A DNA stretch of 64,000 nt from Elsinoe ampelina (GCA_010093995.1 ML992501.1:3058489-3122488); one strand, 5' to 3'. Counted from the first letter of the stretch, positions 35,194 to 46,513 are shown. Numbers and translations: made by a program. The notes: generated by a model from the letters alone, not told the origin.

Positions 35194-37322
35194 CTACTCA
35201 CTCCTCTCCCCCTCCACCGCACCAGCAACCTTTGGCCCCTCCCTCCCCGCCCTCCTCCTCTCCTCCTCCTCCTGCATCTCCCTCAGCTTCCCCAACCTCG
35301 CACTGGGCAACCACTTTTCCTCAGGCGTGACCCACCAAGTGACGATCCCGAAGACGGTGATGGCCCCGAAGATGACACACGAGTAATTAAACGTCTCGGC
35401 CGTGACGGGGAAGAACAACGGACTGAACAACACCCCCGCGAGGTACGTGTTCCACACGAACGCGATGAAGGTCATGGGGCGGGACCACCGTCCCAGGTTC
35501 CACCGCGCGTGCTTGAAGTCGTGGGGCGTGATGAACGTCCTCCCGAAGCAGATGAGCGCGTAGCCCGTGATGGTGGGGACGCCGGCCGCGGAGACGAGGG
35601 AGGTGAAGGCCACTGGGGACGGGAGGATGGTGCAGAGGAGCAGCGATGCGACGGCTAGCATGAGGAGGATGGCGTTGCGGGGTTCGCCCTTGGGTGTGAC
35701 GCGCGAGATCCAGCCGGAGAAAGGGAGGACGCCGTCTCGTGCGACGGCCCAGATGAGACGCGAGGCGGCGACGCCGGCGACGGAGGTGTTGAAGATGTGG
35801 CCTAGGACTACGACTACTATCATGGGGATGTGGCCTCGTTGACCCATTGTGAGGGAGTAGAGGAGGACGAAGGGCTGTGGGGCGGAGAAGGAGTAGAGGG
35901 TGTCGAGGGAGGGGGAGCAGAAGAGGAAGAGGATGACGGTGGGGATGCCGAGGAGACCGGCTGCGAGGGCGGAGAAGAAGATGCCCTTTGCGGAGTTGAT
36001 GTTGGCGCTTTGGGTTTCTTCTGAGATGTGGCCCGATGCTTCGTAGCCCACGAGGATGCCGGCCGTGACGTAGTAGGAGAGCATCCAGTTCCAGACGGGA
36101 GGGGCGCCGGTTTCGTTGTAGGTCTCGAGGAGGAAGGATTTGTCTTGGAAACCGTAGGAGCGGGAGACGGCGATGGGGAGCCAGATCATGTTGAGGAAGA
36201 AGTCGAGAAGGACGATGCCGGTGGCGACGCGGAAGACGTAGCGGTAGATCTTGGGAGGGATGAAGCACATGCCGATGGAGATGAAGCAGATGCATTCGGC
36301 GACGATCCACTGCACGGCTCGGAAGCGGATGTTGTTGACGTCGGTGGGGAAGTCGTATTCGAAGACGGCGATTTCGGACAGGATGTAGTTGGCGGCACCT
36401 TGAGAGTTGGATGAAATGAAGGTGGTCCAGGCGGTGCAGCTCCACCATGCTACGACGAAGCCGAAGAGACGGCCATACTTTTTGCCACCAGATGCGGCAG
36501 CCCAGCTGTAAGAGTTAGATGTTGGTCATCTCTCGTGTAGGAGGGTACTTACAAGTAGATACTTCCTGCGGCGGGAAGTGCAGAGCAGACCTCAGCAATG
36601 ACGGCAGCGGTGATGAAGACGAATACGCAGGTCACCAGGAAGGAGGACCAGTAGGCGAGAGGTCCTCCAGCTCCGACACCGATGGAGAAGGTGACCCTGA
36701 TGCCACCGACAAAGTAGAGAGCGGCTGCACAGTGTGAGCTTAGTTCCAATACTTGGTTGCTGACACAAACCGAATGCCGAGGCAAAGCTCTCGAACAGCT
36801 TCCAGTGTCGATGTAAGGCCTGCAGTTGTCAATATCACGTCGGCTGGATTGTCATGTAATACTCACTTGTTTATAGCCCAGCGCATTCTGAGCTGTGTCA
36901 ATAAGCTGTTCTTCCTTTACAAGGGGGAAGATAGGCTGGATCTTTTGGTCATAGCATCTCCTTACGCGCTCATGAAAGCGATCAAGTTCAAGCGGTGATT
37001 TCTCAGCCTTTGTCTCTTTCGAGACGCAGACACCCGCGTGCCATGAATGTTATTTCGTCCCTCCACCAGCAGCAGGTCCACCTGGAGATGACACTGGTGG
37101 AGAAATCATAGCCTGACCAATACATACCTGTGCGCGAAAGAGATGTTGCTTCTACCAGTGGATCTGACCATCCTCGATGGCTCATCTTACCAGGTACTGC
37201 TCGTCCGAGTCCATGCTCTGTGTTTCGGTAAAGTCGCTCTGCAGCGGGTTTTGGGGCTTGACGAGATCCTCGTTGACATGGGCCGATTTGGACCCATTGC
37301 GGTGGGTGACACTCGACGACAT
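35194..37322 (-). CDS. APC-superfamily permease, Thi9-like (likely thiamine or thiamine-precursor transporter)
   Basis: Exons 37322-37191, 36887-36867 (NALGYKQ), 36819-36771, 36724-36553 and 36505-35194. Motifs AEVCSALPAAGSIYFW, GYEASGHISEET and SRLIWAVARDGVLPFS. The TPP aptamer in intron 1 supports the thiamine link. Confidence 0.88.
36950..37045 (-). promoter_or_regulatory. TPP (THI-box) riboswitch aptamer in intron 1 of the permease
   Basis: Minus strand reads CAUGGCAC-GCGGGUG-UCUGC-GUCUC-GAAA-GAGAC-AAAGG-CUGAGA-AAUC-ACCGC-UUGAA-CUUGAUC-GCU-UUCAUG-AGC-GCGUAAGG-AG-AUGCUAUG. P1-P5 pair, and the UGAGA, CUUGAU and GCGUAAGG consensus elements are present. Confidence 0.93.
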
Positions 37323-38326
37323 GATGGTTTGCCTGAGAGGTTGAACAAGATTGGAAAAGAAAGGTGCAAATAGATTGCAGCCACGCGAGCTGTTCTGCAG
37401 GGATGTGAAAGAGGTATGGAGGGGTAGCGAAAGAAATTTGCAAGTGACCCAAGTTGTGCAGCGTGGGGGTACTTTGGAGAAACCGCCGATCACGTCAGTA
37501 AGGACAAATTTGAGCCTCACGACTGATGTGTCGGTGATTAACACGAATGTAGACTCTCGCGTCCAAGCCAGCTGGTCTAGTCAAGATGCTAAGTTGTGTC
37601 CCCTTCATGCCCGGGCCTGTGATGTTCTATGCAGAGGTCGTTGTTGATCTCGATGCGAGGCATCTCTGCCGAGATCACGTGGTCTGCACCTACCAGCAGT
37701 TCGCAATCTGCCGTCAGCACAATATCAGGCCGCATTCTTTCTGCGATGTTGTCATTTGTCCTGAGTAAAAGTCAGGATTGTCAGATCTAATCCTCTATCT
37801 CGTGCGTTCCAAGAAGGATGAGCAAAGTCAATAGCCTTGATGCTGCCTTCATGTCAACCGGGAGCGACGGCAAACAGGGCAGGCTGGCGGTGGGAATGAC
37901 GTTGACGCAGCCACAATCAACACAACTTGCAACCTTTTGTTTTTCCACACGTCCGGCGCTCTTGATGCTGTTATCTCAGTCCAAGCCATATCCGATTGCG
38001 ACAAAAGAGGTGTGTAGGCTTGTGCCTCTCCGTCCTCTTTTTTGCATTCACGAGCCCCCGTTTTGAAGCAGGGATCTGAGAAAAGATAACGACTCCTTCG
38101 CCCATTCCAAAACACGGCCTTCCTCTGGTACAACAGAAGCCTTGGACCGCTACTTGTCCTTCAAAGATAAGGTCCCGCCATTTCTGCTTTCATGGGCAGC
38201 TACACTGCCTTCTGGAACACATCGTCATCCAGCGCAAAGTCCTGGGCGACCGACTTCTCGAGAGTCTCTCGAGTTGACCATAACAACAACACCGCCATGC
38301 TACGGTGAACGCCCGCAGGGATCGAC

Positions 38327-40654
38327 ATGGTTCATATTCTTACCCACCGGACCACATCAGATTCGCGTGTACCGACGCGTCGACAGACAAATGCCAGCAA
38401 CACCAAGCATAGAAAGCGTTCTCCCGTCAAAGCAGTCCTCAAGGGTGCTAAATCTACAGCCGCCAGCGCCGCCTCAAAGCTGAATATCATCAATGTCAAG
38501 CCGTGGACCGATGGCGACGTTACTGACTGGTGGTTCGCCGGGACTGCCGTGCCCCTTCTCGCTGCCACCATAGGACCACTGGCCAATGTCCTCTCCATTG
38601 CAGCCCTGGTCACACAGTGGCGAATGTGCTTGGTGGGCGGTACCGAGCCAGCCGCTTGCCTGTATCCCGGCGACCCATCCATACTTCTCGACGATCTCTC
38701 GGGCTCGACGTTTGCTGATCCGAGATGGTGTTATTACCTCAACCTCGTCTCTCTCATCTTCGGTGTTGTCGGTAATGTTTTTTTGCTGTTCAACTTCACA
38801 GGCTTCGTGCGATACATCGTGGCACTTCCAGTGACGATCATAATGTGGTATCTGGCGACCGGCATACTTATTGCGATCACTGTCTCGATGGAGATCCATG
38901 TCCCGCCTATACGTCCACAACAGACCTATAGTCAGGGTTTCTGGTACGCTATTCTAGCCGCAGTAATGTATCTGATCGCTTCGATGCTTCTGATGGTCAA
39001 CATGCTCGGCTACTTCCTCGGCCACTACCCGCAGGAGTTTGAGCTCACTGAGTCGCAGCGTACTCTTATCCTCCAAACTATGCTCTTCTTCATATGGTTG
39101 GCATCAGGTGGTGCTATATTTGCAAAGGTGGAGCAGACATATGGCGATGGCAACACCAATTGGTCGTACGTCAACTCACTATATTTCTCCGATGTCACCA
39201 TCCTCACCGTCGGCTTTGGCGACTTGTCTGCTACCTCGTCAGCTGGCAGGGGGCTCGTCTTTCCATACTCGGTCGGTGGCACCATCATGCTGGGTTTGGT
39301 CATTTCCTCCATCTCACGATTCGCAACTGAACTCGGCTCGGAGAAGGTCGTCGATAAGCGTCGAGAACGCACTCGCATTCGCACCGTCGATAGAGTCGTC
39401 TCATCACCGGAAGAGCTTCATCGCTTACGAGGAAATGTCCAGTCACCTCGGATTGGGTCAATTTCCGGCCCTTCCGATCCTGTCAACAACTCCGCTCGAC
39501 TTCGCATCTCCGAGCCGCAGAATCTGAACAAGACGAGTTCGAACGCTTCGGCCCTGACTTTTCTTCCCAAACCCATTCGACCCAACCAAAAGCCACGACC
39601 GCTTCTGCTTCGAGATGAGAAAGACCGCTTCAAAACTATGCGCCGCATCCAACTCAAGACCCGCAAGTACAAGCAATGGACTGGCCTCATGCTTTCCATC
39701 TTCTCCTTCTGTGTCCTGTGGCTACTGGGCGCCCTGGTCTTCTTCTACGCGGAATCACAGACTCAAGGATTGACTTACTTCGAGGCTCTCTATTTCTGCT
39801 ACGTCTCGCTACTCACTATCGGATACGGAGATCTAGCGCCAAAGAGCAACATTGGCCGCCCTTTTTTCGTGCTCTGGAGCTTGATTGCTGTTCCAACCAT
39901 GACCATTCTCATCAGTGCCATGGGGGATACGGTCATTCAAGGCTTCAAGAAGGGCGTTGAGAAAGGAGCCGAAGTAACGATCCTACCACGAAGAGGAGTG
40001 ATCGGGGACATACTAAAGAAATCTGGCATCATCGGCTGGATAGAGGATAGAAAGGCAAGGAAAGAACTGGACGAAAGAAGAGAAAGAGGTTTCGATGTTG
40101 GTCCTGACGAGGAGCAGACGGTAAAAACCGAGGAGGCTGCGAACGAAACGGTAGACCCTGCGGAGGATACAACGACTGCCGGTGAGGATGACCGTGAGCC
40201 CAGCGAATTCGAGCTAGCTACCCGGCTAGCTCTAGCAATACAGCAAGTTGCAATGGATCTGCAGGAATCACCACCGAAGCGCTACGAGTACGACGAGTGG
40301 CTTGAGTTTACTACACTCATCAAATTCACCAACTACGGAAGTGACCGGGCAAAGGACGACAATTCGGAAGAAGAAGGATTGATAGAGTGGGATTGGATCG
40401 GCGAGGATAGTCCAATGATGGCGAAACAGTCCGAACCAGAGTTTGTGTTGGACAGGCTTTGTGAGAGCATGAGTAGATATATCAAACGGCAGGCATCAGG
40501 TCATAGGAAGGAAGAGAAGGACACCGGAGCAGGACTCATTGAGGCCGGTGGAGCTATCGTGGAAGAGGACGAAGATGTTACGAGTATGAGGAGGGTCGCT
40601 ACGAGCGGCGAGGATACCCAGTCGGACACGGATACAGCTGTGCCGCCATCTTGA
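38327..40654 (+). CDS. TOK1: Outward-rectifying two-pore-domain potassium channel
   Basis: 775-aa ORF with multiple TM helices and two pore loops, TILTVGFGD and LLTIGYGD. N-terminal PLLAATIGPLANVLSI motif. Confidence 0.92.
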   Translation: MVHILTHRTTSDSRVPTRRQTNASNTKHRKRSPVKAVLKGAKSTAASAASKLNIINVKPWTDGDVTDWWFAGTAVPLLAATIGPLANVLSIAALVTQWRMCLVGGTEPAACLYPGDPSILLDDLSGSTFADPRWCYYLNLVSLIFGVVGNVFLLFNFTGFVRYIVALPVTIIMWYLATGILIAITVSMEIHVPPIRPQQTYSQGFWYAILAAVMYLIASMLLMVNMLGYFLGHYPQEFELTESQRTLILQTMLFFIWLASGGAIFAKVEQTYGDGNTNWSYVNSLYFSDVTILTVGFGDLSATSSAGRGLVFPYSVGGTIMLGLVISSISRFATELGSEKVVDKRRERTRIRTVDRVVSSPEELHRLRGNVQSPRIGSISGPSDPVNNSARLRISEPQNLNKTSSNASALTFLPKPIRPNQKPRPLLLRDEKDRFKTMRRIQLKTRKYKQWTGLMLSIFSFCVLWLLGALVFFYAESQTQGLTYFEALYFCYVSLLTIGYGDLAPKSNIGRPFFVLWSLIAVPTMTILISAMGDTVIQGFKKGVEKGAEVTILPRRGVIGDILKKSGIIGWIEDRKARKELDERRERGFDVGPDEEQTVKTEEAANETVDPAEDTTTAGEDDREPSEFELATRLALAIQQVAMDLQESPPKRYEYDEWLEFTTLIKFTNYGSDRAKDDNSEEEGLIEWDWIGEDSPMMAKQSEPEFVLDRLCESMSRYIKRQASGHRKEEKDTGAGLIEAGGAIVEEDEDVTSMRRVATSGEDTQSDTDTAVPPS

Positions 40655-40988
40655 GTTTGTACGAGATAGCATGGCAAGCCTAATAACGAGACATGAATTA
40701 ACTCCAACACCATTAACAACTGACAGCTGCGAGACCTATCGTTCATGTGGACACCCCGCTGTTGACTCCCTTGCCAACAACCTCGGGCTTTTCTGAAGTC
40801 CGGGCCACTTGCCCGGGCATTGGACCTGCCCGACCATGCCTGACGACACCATTTGACAGTTCGTCGAACATGTCTCGCTTTTTTCCTACAGATACGAACG
40901 AAAGAGCCTCGAATCAATTGTTCGCTTACATTTGACCACCTCCAAGTTGTGGCTGGTATATAACGTTGTGCGGAGTCCAAGACCGACC

Positions 40989-43238
40989 ATGTCGGCTCCA
41001 TCTCAGTTCCCTACCTCATCAAATACACATTCAATATCATCAAAACCACCTCGCATCCTTGCATGTGTCCTCTGCCAGCAGCGAAAGATCAAATGCGACC
41101 GCCAACATCCATGCGGCCACTGTGTGAAGGCCAGAGCACAATGCGTGCCAGGCGGTCTCGTCACCAAGCCGCGACGGCGCAGATTCGCAGAGAAGGAATT
41201 GCTCGACCGTCTCCGCCACTATGAAGCACTCTTGAGAGAGCATAACATCTCGTTCCAACCAATGCACCCTGACCACCCACCCGATGTGCTCTCGGCCAAG
41301 GAGGCCGATAGCATAGATGGCGACGTACAGGACGATGAGACCACAGAAGCTGATGTGGAGAAAGCTGGAAAAGTCAAAGGCGCCACACCATCTTATGAGG
41401 CCAAGTATGGACAATGTCGGTAATTGCAGTAGAAGTGATGCTGACACGGATCAAAGGAGCTTCTGGAGAGAGCTGAACACAAAAGTGGAATTCCCACAAT
41501 GGTCTTGGTAGCTTTACTGACTTCTAGCAGGACGGAGACGCCGACCAAGACACAGATACATCTACCGAAGAAGCCGAGAGCGCTGTCAAGATGACATGGC
41601 TCAAGATGTTCGAGAGCAACGAGCACCTCCTCTTCGGCACACCACTCATCACCGCTGACCTGTCCATGTATCACCCCGAGCAACTGCAGATCTTTAGGCT
41701 ATGGCAGATCTACCTCGACAATGTGGATCCCATGATCAAGGTCACGCATACTCCTACCCTCCAGCCACGCATCATCAATGCTGCTCTCGACTTGCGGAAC
41801 ATAGCACCGCCGCTGGAAGCACTCATGTTTGGCATGTACTGTATGGCAGTCTCTAGCATGCCAGATGGACAAGAGCAGCAAGCATTCGGAGCGACCAAGA
41901 GCGAATTGCTCACCAATTATCAATCTGGCTGTCTGCAGGCCCTCATCAAGTGCGAATTTCTAAGAACCAACGACCTTGAAGTGCTGATAGCTCTCTTTCT
42001 GTACCTAGTGAGACCGGCCCATCCCCAGTTTCTTGAGGAATTAGACTAATATACCTCAGTTGTCAGCCAGGCCACGGACAGATCCAAGATCTCTGTCGCC
42101 ATTACTCGGAATAGCTGTTCGAATAGCTCAACGTATGGGCCTCCATATCGAAACCATGAACACCAAGCATTCCGCCTTCCAAGCTGAAATGCGGCGCCGA
42201 GTATGGTGGGCTCTCTTATTCATCGACACCCGTGTCAGCGAACAGGGCGAACAAAAGACAGGTCAAATGACACCGACCTGGGACTGTGCGGTACCTTGCA
42301 ATGTCAATGACTCTGACCTTCATATCGATATGAAGAACCGTCCGACTGCTCAAGCACCCATCTCAGAGGCAGTCTTCACTGTCGTGCGAAGCCGCATCTT
42401 TAATACTGTCAGGACGTTGGATTGCCATCTCGACTTCACAATACCAGCTCTGAAGCTCATAGCCAAAGCTATGAAGCCTGATCGACCGAGGGATGACTAC
42501 CAGGAGATCCAAGGACTCAACCGCGGCATCGAGGAGGTGTATCTCCAACACTGCGACAGCGAGAACCCGGTCCACTTCTTCACCATCTGGACCGCACGCT
42601 ACTTCTTAGTCAGAGTCCGCCTTCTGCACTACTTTGCCCACTCCTCACAATCGACCACCAAATTATCAGACACTCAGCGGGATCAAGGAATGGCGCATGC
42701 TATTGCCATGCTTGAATGCGATACACGAATGGCCACGAATAGCTCCATCCGCAAATTTCTGTGGTTCAACAATCTCTACTACCCGTTTCCCGCATACTTT
42801 CAACTGATACAAGAGCTCAAGACAAGACCCACGGGCGCTCAAGCAGCCAATGCCTGGCAAGTCATGGACGAGAATTACTCCACCAGGTTTCGCGAGGGCG
42901 AAGATGGCGTGAAGCCCTTTCACAGAGTTCTCCCGAAGCATATACTGGCAGCCTGGCGAGCTCGAGAGAGATTGGCCGCCGACTCTGGAGAATTACTTGA
43001 CATGCCAGACATGGTACGAGATCTGAAACGACGTCGAGATGGTGATACTCCAAAGTCGGACGGTGCTCCAAGCAGGACTGATAGCTCGTTCGAGGATTTC
43101 GACCTGAACAGCTATATCATACCAATGGACATGGGCATGTCGATGCCGAATTTTGACAACTTGGACTTTGATGGTATGGACTTTTCGACGCAAGCTGGTG
43201 GAGGGGTGATTGATTGGGCTGCTGATACTTGGAGCTGA
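40989..43238 (+). CDS. Zn(II)2Cys6 fungal transcription factor with fungal-specific TF middle domain
   Basis: ACVLCQQRKIKCDRQHPCGHCVKARAQC; LWQIYLDNVDP; AVRIAQRMGLH...EMRRRVWW. Introns at 41405-41456, 41485-41527/41530 and 42008-42059. Confidence 0.93.
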
Positions 43239-43671
43239 GTGGACCACAAGAGTAGGGACGCTCGGACGGTTTCTTGGAGCATTTCCCCTCCGCATCTCTT
43301 GAACCTTCTACTACAGGTCAGCATGAGCTGTGATCGGGCTTGTTCGAGGACGGATGTACAATTGTAACGATAGACGTGACGATATAGACCATTGATGACT
43401 TGTAATGCTTACGAGCTGCATAAAGCGGACGCCGGCATCACAGCGCGATGAGCTCCCCCTTGATCCAACCCGACTGTCTCATTACGATACCCCTCCTGTC
43501 TACAAACATGTCCGTTGCCCTGAGTCGATCCCGTGATCCATGTTTGTTCCTTCTCCCGCACCTCTGTGACCAGCTTGCTTAGTCATCACCTCCTGGTGGC
43601 GAATCTCACTCTCCGCTGCATCTCCAACCCTCACGCTCTGACCATCAACCACATCCCGACTTCATCAAAGA

Positions 43672-44761
43672 ATGGGCAACACCCCCTCCCTCCCCATATC
43701 CCCCTTCACATCATCCAGAACCCCTTCATCCCCCCCTGCCTCCCAAGACATGTCTCCTTCCCCATCCCCCCCGCCGCGAAAACCACTGCACTTCCCCCCC
43801 GACCAGATCAACCCCCAGGCCTCATCTACTCTCTTCTCCCTCCCACCAGAGATCAGATCCCTCATCTTCCACCTCGCTATAGGACGAGGCATGATCCATC
43901 TCGACATGGTGGACGATGTACCAGGGAAGGGGAGGGACGAGCCCGGTCGGCCCGGGGAGGGGACGAGGGTGGTGAGGTTTCCTTGCTTTGAGGAGGGACG
44001 GGGACGGAATAGAGGGGGAATGGGGCGGGGGAAGAGGGTGGTGTGGAAGTGGAAGCATAGTTGCTGGGTTATGAAAGGTTCGGTTGGCGGTGGTGGGACG
44101 GCGGCCGGGGTGGAGAGGGGGAGTGTAGGGGTCGGTGGGGTGGGATGGGATCAGGAGAGTGGGGCTAGCGTGTTGGGTCTGCTGGGATGTTGTCGGAGAG
44201 GGTGAGTCGCTTTGTACTGGTCACCCTCCTGCGGAATGGAAAAGCTCAGGGCTGGCGCTCAAGCTGTCCGTGAAGAGCTCATGCTCACGCGGGAATGGGT
44301 TCGGTACATCTTGTCTGACTTTTTGTAGATACCAAGAGGCGTTACCCGTCCTCTACGGAACCAATACCTTTGATTTCCAACGCTTTGAAAGTATTCTTGG
44401 TTTGTTCCAGGTCGTACCGCAAGAGCACATCAATATGATTCGGCATGTACGACTGTTCGTCACTCTGCTCAATCCGCCGCCTCGCGTTCAACAGGGCGGC
44501 GATGTGGACCTTTACGATGAGGTATGGAAGCTGCTCGGCACAATGGAGGGCCTGAAGGAATTGAAGGTGTGCATGGCCATTCACATGGCGATCGGCCATA
44601 TCATGAGGAACAGAGAAGCGTATCTTGCACCGCTGAGGAGAGTCAAGGGTGTCAATTGCTTTGAGTGCTATCTACCGCCTGATACGAGCCAGTTGCCGGA
44701 GCAGGTCAAACAATCCGTGCCGGGATGCAGGGTCGCTGGCTGGGATGTTTGGAAGCGTTGA
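43672..44761 (+). CDS. DUF7730-like fungal protein
   Basis: Q-S-LFSLPPEIRSLIF motif. Intron 44202-44328 joins CCRRG|YQEALPVLYGTNTFDF; later IRHVRL and EGLKELKV. Confidence 0.75.
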
Positions 44762-44856
44762 TAATCCTGTAGATGATTGCTTCCGATGGTTTCGATTGAG
44801 CAATTCGACCCTCCCATGCACCCATAGTCTTGAGACGCATCAGAGCCGCTGATGAC

Positions 44857-45579
44857 CTACATCTCCTCAACGCCTGCGCGAATCCTACCAGGGCCAAAGA
44901 AGAAATCATACAAGTCATGTGTAGTACAAATGACCTCCCTTATGAACGCGACAGAGGAATTTGATGCGGCAGTGCAGACCAAGCATTGTATCGCAGTACG
45001 GGCCTCCTTGTGCCCCTCCTCATCACTTTTCAGCATCGGGGTCAACTCTGGAACGACCTCGGAGCCACTGAACCTCTTTCGCAGAGCTGTCAGAATATCG
45101 TCCAGAGTGATCAGACCCTCTCGGGCAATTCTGAATGCAGGCTGGACTTGATGCGAAGAAACGTCCGAGAGAGTCACTTGGTTCGTTGGCGGCTGAAACA
45201 AGAACATCTTGGGAATCAGGTCTCCACCCCCAGCCTTCAAGCCTTGCAGATATTTGCGAAAAGCGTTTGGGCAGCGAAATAGGGGGTTAATAATCATCTG
45301 TTCAAACCCCTTGTAGGCGAAGGCGAAGTCTTTCGGAAGATGCTTTTCGCAAACGAAGTATGGCAAGTCATCTTGGGGCTGTTTGGCGTGAAGCCGGTAC
45401 AGAGGTCTCTTCGGCGTTGGCTCGATGAAGAGCTTGATTCTGATTGACCTTGTACTCTCAATGATCCCTTTCCAGTCCGAGGAGACTTGACGAGCGCGCA
45501 TTGTATCGATGAAAGAGAGCTTGTCGAGAATGCCGGTCAATAAGTAGGGATTATCCAAGACATCTTGCCTTGGTGACAT
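44857..45579 (-). CDS. F-box-like protein
   Basis: N-terminal VLDNPYLLTGILDKLSFIDTMRARQVSSDWKGII...LF, and a later INPLF motif. Confidence 0.72.
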   Translation of the reverse strand: MSPRQDVLDNPYLLTGILDKLSFIDTMRARQVSSDWKGIIESTRSIRIKLFIEPTPKRPLYRLHAKQPQDDLPYFVCEKHLPKDFAFAYKGFEQMIINPLFRCPNAFRKYLQGLKAGGGDLIPKMFLFQPPTNQVTLSDVSSHQVQPAFRIAREGLITLDDILTALRKRFSGSEVVPELTPMLKSDEEGHKEARTAIQCLVCTAASNSSVAFIREVICTTHDLYDFFFGPGRIRAGVEEM

Positions 45580-46513
45580 GACGGATGAAAATTCGTCTTC
45601 ATGCGACCGGACTGTTGTGAGTCGGGATCAGAGAAGGAATTTGATGAAGAAATAATATTTGATCAGCAAGCCAGCACATACTCACGTGTATTCACATGTG
45701 AAAACTTGTGAGGTTGCTAGCCGACGACTCGCTGAATAACACGTCCATTCATCTGCAATTCGCCTGACTTCGATGTCATACACAAATTCTCACCTTGAGA
45801 GCGTCTAGTACTATGCTGCCGCTAGAGCTGTGGACAGCCCTACAGCTGACTTCCAATTTGCCGCCTTCTTGGTGGCAACACCGATGTCGACACTGAGGTG
45901 CGAATGGCGCTCGCACCGAGAAGCATTGACCATCAACTGATCGGAATTCCAAGCCGAGTGACCCAAAAAACGATGGCTTGCCGTTATTGACTTGCTAGAC
46001 TCTCTTCTGTCAAACATCTGAAACACGTGATGAAATGGAAAAAGACATCAAGCAGCAGTCACCTGCGCTCGGATCGACCAGCTGTCCACCCAAATGAAAC
46101 CTCAATCGTAGCATGTCAATGGTAGCATGGACCAGCATAGGTCATGAAGAGCGGGCAATTGGTGTCGCCGTCGTTGCCGCGCTGTTTTGGGGTCAATTCA
46201 GAACTGCACCCCAAGCCCGAAGCAGACACCAACGACTTCATACGTCCGGCAAGACGTGTGGATCGTATCTCGAGACACGAACTCTGATTCGGCTGTTTGA
46301 AGACAGATGGGGACGACTGTATCGTTCCGAGCAAAGGTCATGGTCATCATTATGTAAGCAACCCCTCGACGTCAGCTGCTACCTTACGCACCCATGTCAA
46401 TCTCTCTTCCCGTGATTACTGCCATGTCATAATATCATGAATGTGCAAACAATCTCGCAAATCGATAGAGGGAAATTGTGCAGTTCATCTCGGATCAATG
46501 TTGGTGTGGCCCG

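Noticed and set aside
27006..36448. Long alternative-frame ORFs 27006-27935 (-) and 35387-36448 (-)
   Set aside because: His/Pro/Arg-rich shadows created by the C/G skew over real genes.
37128..37190. Recursive splicing at the CAG|GUAUGU site in the riboswitch intron
   Set aside because: The 63-nt upstream segment has no recognisable CURAY branch point; an alternative 5' donor explains the site better.
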